Assembly: GCA_050293845.1 (NCBI GenBank)
Contig: JBNKNM010000023.1
Span: 1-15,882, forward strand
Direction of reading: 5' to 3'
DNA from: Pseudobacteriovorax sp.
GTDB lineage: Bacteria > Bdellovibrionota_B > Oligoflexia > Oligoflexales > Oligoflexaceae
DNA length: 15,882 bases
The notes under the pieces are model-generated. The model was not told where the DNA came from, searched no databases, and worked only from the letters and a program-made list of their open reading frames with translations. Below are positions 7,965 through 15,882 of the stretch, piece by piece. Positions within the stretch are counted from its first letter, which is position 1. Each line of letters opens with the position of its first letter. The translations under genes were made by a program, and so were the position numbers.

Positions 7965-9569
7965 TTGTCGCTTCGCGAAACAAACCTGAAACTGCTAGAT
8001 ACAAAGATATTTGATGTTATCGTTATCGGAGGAGGAATCAATGGAGCTGTTTCAGCGGCAGCACTTGCCGCAAAAGGCAGCTCTGTAGGGTTGGTGGAAA
8101 AAAAGGATTTTGCCTCTTTTACGAGCCAGGAATCCTCTAACCTGGCATGGGGTGGGATAAAATATCTAGAGTCCAATGAGTTCAAATTAGTGTGGGGATT
8201 GTGTGCATCCCGCAACCGCTTGATGAAATCCTTCCCTTCGCAGATCAAGGAAATACGTTTTTACACGGCTTTACCAAAGAACTTCCGTAAGCACCGCTTA
8301 TTAATATTAATGGGTACCTGGCTATATTGGTTTATGGGGCGATGCTTTACAGTAGCTCCTCGCTTACTTTCCAAAACGACTATCAGCAAAGAGGAACCGT
8401 GCATCAATACAAATATTATGCAAGGTGGAGTGGAGTACTCAGACTCCTATCTTGTTGATAATGATGCGCGGTTTGTTTTTAAATTTGTTCGCAAAGCTAT
8501 GGACTATGGATGCGCGGCTGCCAATTATTTGGAAGCAGCTTCCTGTCGTCGAGAAAACGACTTATGGATAACTAAAGTAAAAGATCACCAGTCTGGAAAG
8601 GAGTTTACTATCCGCTCACGATCCATTGTCAATGCCACAGGACCATTTACTGATCGGTTCAACCAAAGGACAGGGATCGAGACCTTACACCATCATCTTT
8701 TTTCCAAAGGCGTACATCTGATCGTCCCTAAAATAAGTCAAAATCGGAAGGTCCTTACCTTCTTTGCCAACGATGGTCGCATGTTTTTTGTGATTCCTAT
8801 GGGGCCGCGATCATGCATCGGAACTACTGATACAAGAGTGACAGAGCTTCCTCCTCAAGTCTATGATGACGATCGTAAGTTTATACTGGATAATATTAAT
8901 GAAAGACTAAAGCTTTCCCCTCCCTTAGGGATGAAAGATATCGTGGCTGAAAGATGTGGAGTACGGCCGTTGGTTGTGAAAAACGATAAAGAAAGCAACG
9001 GAGCAGATTGGATTCATTTGTCGCGAAAACATGAAATTGAGGTCGATAGAGAAAGACAGTTTATAAGTATATTTGGTGGTAAACTGACTGACTGCATTAA
9101 CATTGGTGAAGAAGTTGTTAAAGAAATTAGACAGTTGAAAATTGAGGTCCCCAATTCCCAAGCGGACTGGTTTGGAGAGCCAGACGAAAAAGTTTGGATC
9201 GAGTATCAAAGACAGGCACGCTCTATGCAACTAGATGGGATGACTGCGATAGGAAGTTCCGAACCACTATCTGTTAGACTTTGGCGCCGTTATGGGCTAC
9301 GAGCGCTTGAAATCCTGGAAGATATTCGTGAAGATAATTCTATGGCAGAGCTTCTTATAGAAAATGCAGAATATATAAAAGCAGAACTACACTTTGCTGC
9401 CAAATCGGAGATGATTATTACTCTGGAAGATTTTTTGCGAAGGCGGTCGAAAATAGCGCTGGTGGCTAAGCATGAAGTTATAAAGAATGCTCCTGGACTT
9501 AAAAAAGCCTGTGACATTCTTTTTGGAGAGCACGCCGCCTTCCGGTATCAGGAATATTTTTCAAGCTAA
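7965..9569 (+). CDS. glpD: FAD-dependent glycerol-3-phosphate dehydrogenase/oxidase family protein
   Basis: FAD-binding DVIVIGGGINGA, TSQESSNLAWGGIKYLE, VNATGP, KGVHLIVP, IGTTD, GVRPL, GGKLT, LEDFLRRRSK; TTG start with GGAG RBS upstream. Confidence 0.88.
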   Translation: MSLRETNLKLLDTKIFDVIVIGGGINGAVSAAALAAKGSSVGLVEKKDFASFTSQESSNLAWGGIKYLESNEFKLVWGLCASRNRLMKSFPSQIKEIRFYTALPKNFRKHRLLILMGTWLYWFMGRCFTVAPRLLSKTTISKEEPCINTNIMQGGVEYSDSYLVDNDARFVFKFVRKAMDYGCAAANYLEAASCRRENDLWITKVKDHQSGKEFTIRSRSIVNATGPFTDRFNQRTGIETLHHHLFSKGVHLIVPKISQNRKVLTFFANDGRMFFVIPMGPRSCIGTTDTRVTELPPQVYDDDRKFILDNINERLKLSPPLGMKDIVAERCGVRPLVVKNDKESNGADWIHLSRKHEIEVDRERQFISIFGGKLTDCINIGEEVVKEIRQLKIEVPNSQADWFGEPDEKVWIEYQRQARSMQLDGMTAIGSSEPLSVRLWRRYGLRALEILEDIREDNSMAELLIENAEYIKAELHFAAKSEMIITLEDFLRRRSKIALVAKHEVIKNAPGLKKACDILFGEHAAFRYQEYFSS

Positions 9570-9611
9570 ATCTTTCTAAAGAAAAAAAAGTCGCAACCCC
9601 CAAGTAAAATC

Positions 9612-9633
9612 TGGCATAGTAATCAATATGCCA
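9612..9633. promoter_or_regulatory. Inverted repeat TGGCATA-N8-TATGCCA, putative transcription-factor site
   Basis: Perfect 7-bp arms with an 8-nt spacer between the glpD stop and the next gene. Confidence 0.5.
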
Positions 9634-9736
9634 TAATTTGCTAATATTAATGACATATTTTCGATTACTAAAGAAAACAAGTGGCGAGACGAAAGAGCGT
9701 CATGTTTGTGGATTCCTATATGTAGAGGTAATTTCT

Positions 9737-10276
9737 ATGGGATTCAACCGTCAGCGTCCTGATAGCCTGTCTTCGGATTTGAAGAGGATTTCTGTTGAGT
9801 TTTCCCCGGATGGACAAAACCGGGAAAAACAACTGATTTCTGAATATGTCAACCAAGTCTGCTATGGAGAGTCATCACAGTTCGCCAATATTGATGACTG
9901 GCGAGTATTGAGCGCAGTGGAAGAAAGCACAAGGAGGTATCAGCGGATAAAATTTAATAATTGCTACGTATATGCCATTACCTTAAAAGCGGGAACCAAT
10001 AAGGTTATAAAGGTAAAATGTGAGCTTATAGACCTTTGTGCAGGAGGAGCTTGCATAGGTATACCTGGTAATTTGAAAGTGGTGAGCCGGAAAAAAGTTC
10101 CTGGTACCCAGATTGATGATCCCCCTAATATTAAGCTCAAGCTTGATTTTATTAATGATGTGGTTGTTAAAGGTGTCATTCGTAGCCTTAAAATGCCAAA
10201 GGTCGATCCTTCTGCAGACCTCGATAATTATGATTTCGAATATACATTACCGGAATATTGGAAAGTAAACGGATAA
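9737..10276 (+). CDS. PilZ-like domain protein with N-terminal extension
   Basis: RRYQR (RxxxR) and DLCAGG, followed by KGVIRS; start placed at ATG 9737 behind GAGGT (9725-9729) instead of TTG 9638. Confidence 0.7.
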   Translation: MGFNRQRPDSLSSDLKRISVEFSPDGQNREKQLISEYVNQVCYGESSQFANIDDWRVLSAVEESTRRYQRIKFNNCYVYAITLKAGTNKVIKVKCELIDLCAGGACIGIPGNLKVVSRKKVPGTQIDDPPNIKLKLDFINDVVVKGVIRSLKMPKVDPSADLDNYDFEYTLPEYWKVNG

Positions 10277-10321
10277 TGGGTAGATGCTCTAGTTTAGCTT
10301 AGGGACTTGATCTGCTACCTG

Positions 10322-11392
10322 TTAGGTAAACCCTTTCAAGGCAAGTTCTAAGTCCTTACGATCATTAGCATGTTCCATAGCCGTTTGCTCTGAAATGATT
10401 CCTTTTTTTACAAGGTGCAATAGTGATTGGTTAAAGCTTTGCATGCCGTAGGATGTATGTCCCGTTTTAATCGTATCTTTGAGTATACGGAAGTCCTGAC
10501 CTTTCATAACTTCTTCGCGTACTAATTCCGTTGCTGCAAGAATTTCTATAGCTGGAACCATACCTTTTTGATCAGTTCTTTGCATTAATCTCTGAGACAC
10601 TATATATTTTAGGGTCTGTGCTAGCATGATTCTCAGGGATGTATGCTGATGAGGAGGGAAGTATGATAATAGTCGGGTTAGGGTTTCAACAGCATCTAAA
10701 GTATGTAGGGTCGAGAAAACTAAATGCCCCGTTTCAGCAGCCATAAGAGCTGTTTCTGTGGTTTCCTTGTCGCGTAATTCACCTACAAAGATCACGTCTG
10801 GGTTCTGACGTAATGCACTTCTTAAAGAAGATTGAAAATCACTGGTATCGATACCAATTTCCCTTTGGTTAATGGTCGCTTTTTTTTCTTTGAAAATAAA
10901 CTCAATGGGATCTTCAATGGTAATAATATGAGCAGCACGGCTGGAGTTAATCTTTTCGATTATGGATGCCAAGGTGGTCGACTTGCCACTACCAGTTGCT
11001 CCTGTAACTAATATTAATCCCCTATGCTCTTTGGGAAAGGTGTGCATAATGGGAGGTAGTTTCAGTTCTTCCATGGTACGAATATGATTATTGACCACCC
11101 TCATGACCAGGCCAAAATTTTGTCGTTGGCGAAAAAGGTTAACCCTAAATCGAAAGCCATCAGCTGTTGTTAAGCCAAAATCCAAGTCTACCAGTTCATT
11201 AAGGCGATGTTTGAGGTGAGGGGGAACTAGCAGAGATATCCACTCTTCCATGAGTTCGGGACTAATGATTTGTCCGTCACTCAGGCTGATGAGTTCCCCG
11301 TTAAATCGAAACCGCGGAATGGACCCTGTTCTTAATATAAGGTCACTGGCACCCCCCCTTACAGCGACTTTGAGAACTTTGTCAATCTTCAT
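10322..11392 (-). CDS. pilT: Type IV pilus retraction ATPase, PilT/PilU family
   Basis: ASDL, RFRVNLFRQR, Walker A GATGSGKST, Asp box TIEDPIE, Walker B LRQNPDVIFVGELRD, His box GHLVFSTLHT, GMQSFNQSL. Confidence 0.93.
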   Translation of the reverse strand: MKIDKVLKVAVRGGASDLILRTGSIPRFRFNGELISLSDGQIISPELMEEWISLLVPPHLKHRLNELVDLDFGLTTADGFRFRVNLFRQRQNFGLVMRVVNNHIRTMEELKLPPIMHTFPKEHRGLILVTGATGSGKSTTLASIIEKINSSRAAHIITIEDPIEFIFKEKKATINQREIGIDTSDFQSSLRSALRQNPDVIFVGELRDKETTETALMAAETGHLVFSTLHTLDAVETLTRLLSYFPPHQHTSLRIMLAQTLKYIVSQRLMQRTDQKGMVPAIEILAATELVREEVMKGQDFRILKDTIKTGHTSYGMQSFNQSLLHLVKKGIISEQTAMEHANDRKDLELALKGFT

Positions 11393-13040
11393 GGCCTCTC
11401 CCTACTAGAAGCAACAAAGGGCTGAGTAATAACCATAAGAAATTTGCGGATTGCGTATCTATACCGATGGCGCCGCAGGCTATGGTTTCCTTTTTTTGTT
11501 CGTCTAAGGGAGGGGGAGTCTGGGAATAGATAAGCCCACAGGAATTGTCACCCATAGATCTAGTATCGGAAAAAAATCCGCGATTTTGGGCTGTTTTTAG
11601 TATCGTACAATGATTTTTCCCTGCATTGATATCATCATCGGCGTGAAGAAGAGCTAGAAATGCATCAGAAAGGGTCATTTTTTTATTCCAGTAATAGAGG
11701 GACTTTGTAATGGTTGTGATCACCATTGGTCCCAGTTCCTGATATAAGTCCCAAAGAAAAGCAGACCAAAACTGTCCCAACAGATGAGCTCCTAAATACT
11801 CTTTTTCATCATCATATAAACGCTTGTGGTCAAGATTTGCAGTTCTGAGATAACCTGATCCAGGAAGGAGGCTTTCGGCTAGATTGGGGTTATTATTGAT
11901 AACATAAGCAAAAAAATCAGCTGTCCCTTCATGAAGAATAAGGGATTCCCCATAGGTTGCTTGTAAAAAATGATAGATAATGTGATGGCTATATTCATGA
12001 ATGACCACATCGCTGTCGCGATTGAGGTTGGTCATATATACATCATCGCTGGTGCCGATGTAAATCGCGTCAGAATTATTGGTATCTCCAGGAAGATACA
12101 TGGCATTGTTATCAAGGCTGGAGTGGGTATAAACTTCGATGGCTGATGTTTTAAGGTCAGTAAAGTGTTGGTTGAAAAAAGTTTTAGCTCGTTCTAGAGA
12201 GTAGTAAGTTTGCACTTGGTCAAATAGTTTTTCATCTTCTGGAAAATATGAAAACATCTTTTCGTCAGCTTGAGCGCGCTCATCTTGTAGTGTTGAACCA
12301 AAAACTTGAAAATTATTACCATCAAGGAAGTTTGCAGTACTTTGTAGGCTTGTGAGTTCTCTTAGTTGGACTTTTTCTTCAAATGAATTTTCCAAAAAGG
12401 TATAGCCTTTATGGGCGTTAAAAAATTGAGGGAGTGCGGTTACGAAATCTCCATCGATTCCATCGATGATGACCGTATAACGACCGTGATTTTCTTTGTA
12501 GGCTGTAAATTGATAACTAGGGAGAAAGGCATTTTTGTCAGGGTGGAAGAAGTAAATGAGTTGGCCTGCAGCTGGAGTATCAGTAAAGTCATAAAGAATC
12601 ATTTGCTCACGAGCCTCCTGTTCGGAAACCAGGGCTTCAGCAGCTAAAAATTCACTATGCTTTTCTGGAACTTGTCCAGAAATCAGCACAGAGCCTTTAG
12701 CTGTATCATGCTCCGCAAGGAAGCCCCCAAAAACAGGTAGCTCGTGGCAAATGATATTAAATTGCTTGTGTTTCACACCGCTTCTTCCCATTAAAATACT
12801 ATTTAAGCGGATGGCGCAAGACTCGGTTTCGGGTCCTGTGTGTTTAAGTACCTCTAATGCTGTCGTGTTAGAGACCATGTAGCGCAACCCTAATGAATTG
12901 CGTATGTGTGAAGATAAAACTGGATGAGTATAACCGAAGGAGGGAAAAAGGTTTGTGAAACCAGCAATTTTTGATGTAATCGCTCTAGCGTTTGGGCTAG
13001 AGACATAGCATACTAAAACGAGAAACAAAAAGCGGAACAT
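11382..13040 (-). CDS. Secreted zinc metalloprotease, M36 (fungalysin)/M4-like, with C-terminal membrane anchor
   Basis: Signal peptide MFRFLFLVLVCYVSSPNARA (ATG 13040 behind AGGAAG); propeptide-like region (VIIDGIDGDFV); DNNAMY, DSDVVIHEYSH (HExxH at 11985-11999), third ligand HEGTADFFA, AHLLGQFWSAFLWDL; C-terminal CGAIG plus hydrophobic helix. Confidence 0.85.
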   Translation of the reverse strand: MFRFLFLVLVCYVSSPNARAITSKIAGFTNLFPSFGYTHPVLSSHIRNSLGLRYMVSNTTALEVLKHTGPETESCAIRLNSILMGRSGVKHKQFNIICHELPVFGGFLAEHDTAKGSVLISGQVPEKHSEFLAAEALVSEQEAREQMILYDFTDTPAAGQLIYFFHPDKNAFLPSYQFTAYKENHGRYTVIIDGIDGDFVTALPQFFNAHKGYTFLENSFEEKVQLRELTSLQSTANFLDGNNFQVFGSTLQDERAQADEKMFSYFPEDEKLFDQVQTYYSLERAKTFFNQHFTDLKTSAIEVYTHSSLDNNAMYLPGDTNNSDAIYIGTSDDVYMTNLNRDSDVVIHEYSHHIIYHFLQATYGESLILHEGTADFFAYVINNNPNLAESLLPGSGYLRTANLDHKRLYDDEKEYLGAHLLGQFWSAFLWDLYQELGPMVITTITKSLYYWNKKMTLSDAFLALLHADDDINAGKNHCTILKTAQNRGFFSDTRSMGDNSCGLIYSQTPPPLDEQKKETIACGAIGIDTQSANFLWLLLSPLLLLVGRGHED

Positions 13041-13087
13041 TACACTTCCTTGTCGTCCAATTATGGTCAGAGTGGCCATATAATTGG

Positions 13088-13114
13088 CTTTCGGGAAAAA
13101 AACAAAAATCATTA
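13088..13114 (-). promoter_or_regulatory. Putative sigma-28-like promoter of the protease-pilT unit
   Basis: Minus strand TAAT-N15-CCCGAAAG, 47 nt upstream of ATG 13040. Confidence 0.35.
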
Positions 13115-13246
13115 GGAAAAAGAGATCTTAAGGATTTAAAAATTATAGATTTTGATAGGTTGTGGTTATGGTTTAGATTGGAAGCTGGCGGAGAGTCGAT
13201 TTCCGCAATACAATAGAATGTCTAACAATCTTTCGCTGAGGGAATT

Positions 13247-13654
13247 ATGCGCTTGGTTAAGAGCCTTCTTGGAGCTTTATCGTTCGCAACATCGATATAT
13301 GCAAATGGCTTTGATTTAAACGAGTTGCCTTTAGGAAAATCAGTGACCCTCCCCACTCCCGCGAAAACAAAGATTCCAGTGGAAAGTAGAGTCCGCTTAA
13401 CAGCCACAGATCATCAGCAAACTCTCAAATTAACCTCCCAAGGGAATGGGAAATGGACTAACATTAAAGTTGCTATCTATGATCAAAATTCCGAAAAAGT
13501 AAGGTATGTCAATCTAGCTCCTGGTGCGAGCATCGTCTACAATTTTAAGGATTTGCGACCCATTCAAATCATTCCTACTCGTTTTAAAAACAAACGAACC
13601 GGCAATGTCTGGCTGTCGGTGGAGAGTAACCGTCCCCTCACCATTGGGCGATGA
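13247..13654 (+). CDS. Small secreted basic hypothetical protein (predicted beta-rich)
   Basis: GAGGGA RBS; signal peptide MRLVKSLLGALSFATSIYA; alternating hydrophobic pattern; no family recognised. Confidence 0.75.
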   Translation: MRLVKSLLGALSFATSIYANGFDLNELPLGKSVTLPTPAKTKIPVESRVRLTATDHQQTLKLTSQGNGKWTNIKVAIYDQNSEKVRYVNLAPGASIVYNFKDLRPIQIIPTRFKNKRTGNVWLSVESNRPLTIGR

Positions 13655-13783
13655 CCCATTTTTAAAAATCTATGAAAATAGGAATTAAGGGGCAAAACCA
13701 ACACGCAAGGCATACAAAGCCATACGATCTTTTTCATTCAGATCCCGGATATACTTTTACCACGCGTTTTAGGGGATGCAGTA

Positions 13784-14767
13784 TTGGTGAATGAGATTTT
13801 AAAAGTACAGAATTTGGTGACCAGCTTCGCTACAGAAGGGGGAAGGGTTGCTGTAGTAAACGGTGTTAGCTTTTCGCTTCATAAAAACCAAATATTAGGC
13901 ATAGTGGGTGAATCGGGAAGTGGTAAATCAGTCACTTGTCTGTCTATTCTCGGTTTGTTACCAATTCCAGCTGCTACTATCGATTCCGGAAAAGTACTGT
14001 TTGATGGTATTGACCTACTTAAAGCTCCCTTAAAGACCCGTTACCATGTGCGTGGCAATCGCATTGCCATGATTTTTCAAGAGCCTATGACGGCCCTAAA
14101 CCCGGTTCAAAAAGTGGGTCGACAACTCATAGAAGTGTATAATCTGCATTTCCCTGAAATGGATAAAGCTGCGGTATATCGGCGTGCTCTTGAGCTTTTT
14201 CGGCAGGTTGGTATTCAATCGCCAGCGCAAAGGTTCCATGAATACCCGCACCAGCTTTCCGGAGGCATGAGGCAACGTGTGATGATCGCCATGGCTCTTG
14301 CTTGTGAGCCCGATATTCTTATTGCCGATGAACCGACCACAGCCCTTGATGTAACCATTCAGGCACAGATCCTTGATCTTATGCTAAATTTACAGCGTAA
14401 ACATGGTATGGCAATAGTTTTCATTACCCATGATTTGGGTGTCATTGCTGAACTTTGCGACGATGTGGCTGTGATGTATGAGGGCCAAATTGTGGAGCAA
14501 GCCCCTGTGGATATACTTTTTCAAACACCTTATCACCCCTATACCAAAGGTTTGATCTCCTCTATTCCCCGACTGGGGCAAGAACGCAAGTCACGGCTGC
14601 TCACGATAGAAGGTCTGGTCCCTACACGCGAAGAAAAGGGACATGGTTGTCGATTTGCCAATCGATGCCCCTTGGTTCAAGAGCATTGCGTGCAAGAGAT
14701 GCCCGAACTCGAAGAACTGGGAGAGAATCGATCCATAAGGTGCTTTAAATGGAGGGATAGTTTATGA
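13784..14767 (+). CDS. oppD: Oligopeptide/dipeptide ABC transporter ATP-binding subunit (OppD/DppD)
   Basis: Walker [21 protein letters not shown], signature [24 protein letters not shown] and C-terminal [18 protein letters not shown] at 13771-13776. Confidence 0.95.
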   Translation: MVNEILKVQNLVTSFATEGGRVAVVNGVSFSLHKNQILGIVGESGSGKSVTCLSILGLLPIPAATIDSGKVLFDGIDLLKAPLKTRYHVRGNRIAMIFQEPMTALNPVQKVGRQLIEVYNLHFPEMDKAAVYRRALELFRQVGIQSPAQRFHEYPHQLSGGMRQRVMIAMALACEPDILIADEPTTALDVTIQAQILDLMLNLQRKHGMAIVFITHDLGVIAELCDDVAVMYEGQIVEQAPVDILFQTPYHPYTKGLISSIPRLGQERKSRLLTIEGLVPTREEKGHGCRFANRCPLVQEHCVQEMPELEELGENRSIRCFKWRDSL

Positions 14768-15747
14768 CGGAAGTCCTCCTTGAAGTTAATGATCTTGTTA
14801 AATACTTTCCTGTTTACGGTGGTGTATTCTATCGTCAAATTGCCAAAGTGCATGCTGTAGATCATGTTAGTTTTACGATTGCATCAGGTGAAGTGCTTGG
14901 TTTGGTGGGGGAGTCGGGCTGCGGTAAATCGACCATAGGCAAGACCTTGTTACAGCTCGATCGGGCGACCTCAGGAAGTATTCGCTTTATGGGTTTTGAA
15001 TTGACAAAAGCATCGCGAGCTAGCTTGTTAGCCTTAAGAAAAGATATGCAAATGATCTTCCAGGACCCTTATGAGTCTCTCAATCCTCGCCATTCCGTGG
15101 GACAAATCCTAGAGGAACCTTTTTTAATACACAGCAAACTTACTGAGTCTGAGCGACGTATTGCTGTTATAAATTTACTGGAAAAAGTGGGTCTAAGCGC
15201 TAATATTATCCACCGTTATCCCCATGAGTTTTCTGGTGGCCAGCGGCAGCGCATAGGCATTGCCCGTGCCATTTCCCAAAATCCGAAATTAATTATTTGC
15301 GATGAATCGGTTTCGGCTTTAGATGTTTCGGTTCAGTCTCAAGTGATTAATCTCCTTTTGGATTTACAAAAAAATCTTAATCTAGCATATCTGTTCATTT
15401 CTCATGATCTTGCCGTTGTAAGACATGTCTCTGATCGCATTGCAGTGATGTACTTGGGTAAAATTGTTGAAGTTACAGATGCAGACACTATCTATACGGC
15501 TCCCCGGCACCCTTATACCAAAGCTCTGATTTCGGCTATTCCAGTACCAAATCCTAAAATTAAGGGTCAAAAGCAGGTTTTACAGGGTGAAGTGCCATCT
15601 CCCCTGAATCCACCCAGCGGCTGTCACTTTAGGACTCGCTGTCCTTTAGTGAAAGAAATATGCCATAAGAAAATTCCACCACTAAGAAAAGTTAAAGGGA
15701 ATGGAGAGCATCAGGTTGCATGTCACTTGCTGCAAGATGCTGATTAA
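14764..15747 (+). CDS. oppF: Oligopeptide/dipeptide ABC transporter ATP-binding subunit (OppF/DppF)
   Basis: ATGA overlap with oppD; GESGCGKST, FQDPYESLNP, FSGGQRQR, HPYT, PSPLNPPSGCHFRTRCP. Confidence 0.95.
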   Translation: MTEVLLEVNDLVKYFPVYGGVFYRQIAKVHAVDHVSFTIASGEVLGLVGESGCGKSTIGKTLLQLDRATSGSIRFMGFELTKASRASLLALRKDMQMIFQDPYESLNPRHSVGQILEEPFLIHSKLTESERRIAVINLLEKVGLSANIIHRYPHEFSGGQRQRIGIARAISQNPKLIICDESVSALDVSVQSQVINLLLDLQKNLNLAYLFISHDLAVVRHVSDRIAVMYLGKIVEVTDADTIYTAPRHPYTKALISAIPVPNPKIKGQKQVLQGEVPSPLNPPSGCHFRTRCPLVKEICHKKIPPLRKVKGNGEHQVACHLLQDAD

Positions 15748-15882
15748 ATAAATAATTAATTAAAATTCTGCTAAAAAATTACAAATATGTGTTATATCTT
15801 TCTTAACTATTTAAGCTCAACCTTAGTTTCTTACTATGATTTTGTCGATATAGGGTCATAATTAAAGGAAGGCAATTTTTAG

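Noticed and set aside
7449..8248. Short ORFs 7449-7745, 7469-7654, 7692-7877, 7742-7939 and 7940-8248
   Set aside because: They overlap PilZ or glpD, or lie in AT-rich promoter DNA, with low-complexity translations and no convincing RBS.
10277..10321. Bidirectional terminator between the convergent PilZ-like gene and pilT
   Set aside because: Only imperfect, GU-rich pairing and no T-tracts.
13188..13206. Small hairpin GCGGAGA-GTCGA-TTTCCGC
   Set aside because: Short stem with a GU pair in a divergent promoter region; no function can be supported.
478..15570. Remaining 60-101 aa ORFs in the track (e.g. 478-702, 2875-3084, 5997-6203, 8925-9230, 12411-12647, 14390-14581)
   Set aside because: All are antisense to well-supported genes and have no independent coding evidence.
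1..15882. CRISPR array, tRNA/rRNA, IS element, prophage or defence island
   Set aside because: No regularly spaced direct repeats, RNA-gene signatures, transposase, integrase or nuclease motifs found by eye; long ORFs tile the window.

Overview
A gene-dense, moderately AT-rich bacterial chromosomal window with no CRISPR array, rRNA/tRNA, transposase, integrase or phage gene that I can recognise. In order: the 3' end of ttcA, an exported START-domain protein, a two-gene minus-strand unit (7TM-DISM sensor 'kinase' plus a secreted hypothetical protein), an EI24/CysZ-family membrane protein followed by recA and a strong terminator, a membrane-anchored hypothetical protein, a PilZ protein, a GlpD-like FAD oxidoreductase, a second PilZ-like protein, a secreted HExxH metalloprotease whose stop overlaps a PilT/PilU ATPase, a small secreted protein, and an OppD/OppF ATPase pair. 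The gene content suggests Bdellovibrionota/Oligoflexia or a related former deltaproteobacterium; this is inference only. I see no clearly new multi-gene system. The best leads are: (1) the sensor keeps its phospho-acceptor His but has degenerate ATP-binding boxes (candidate pseudokinase); (2) the protease carries a Cys-Gly/TM C-terminal sorting-like signal and is coupled to pilT; (3) a perfect 22-bp palindrome lies between the sensor and the EI24-recA unit; (4) a shared sigma-28-like motif precedes three minus-strand units; (5) both PilZ proteins have Cys in place of the canonical Ser.
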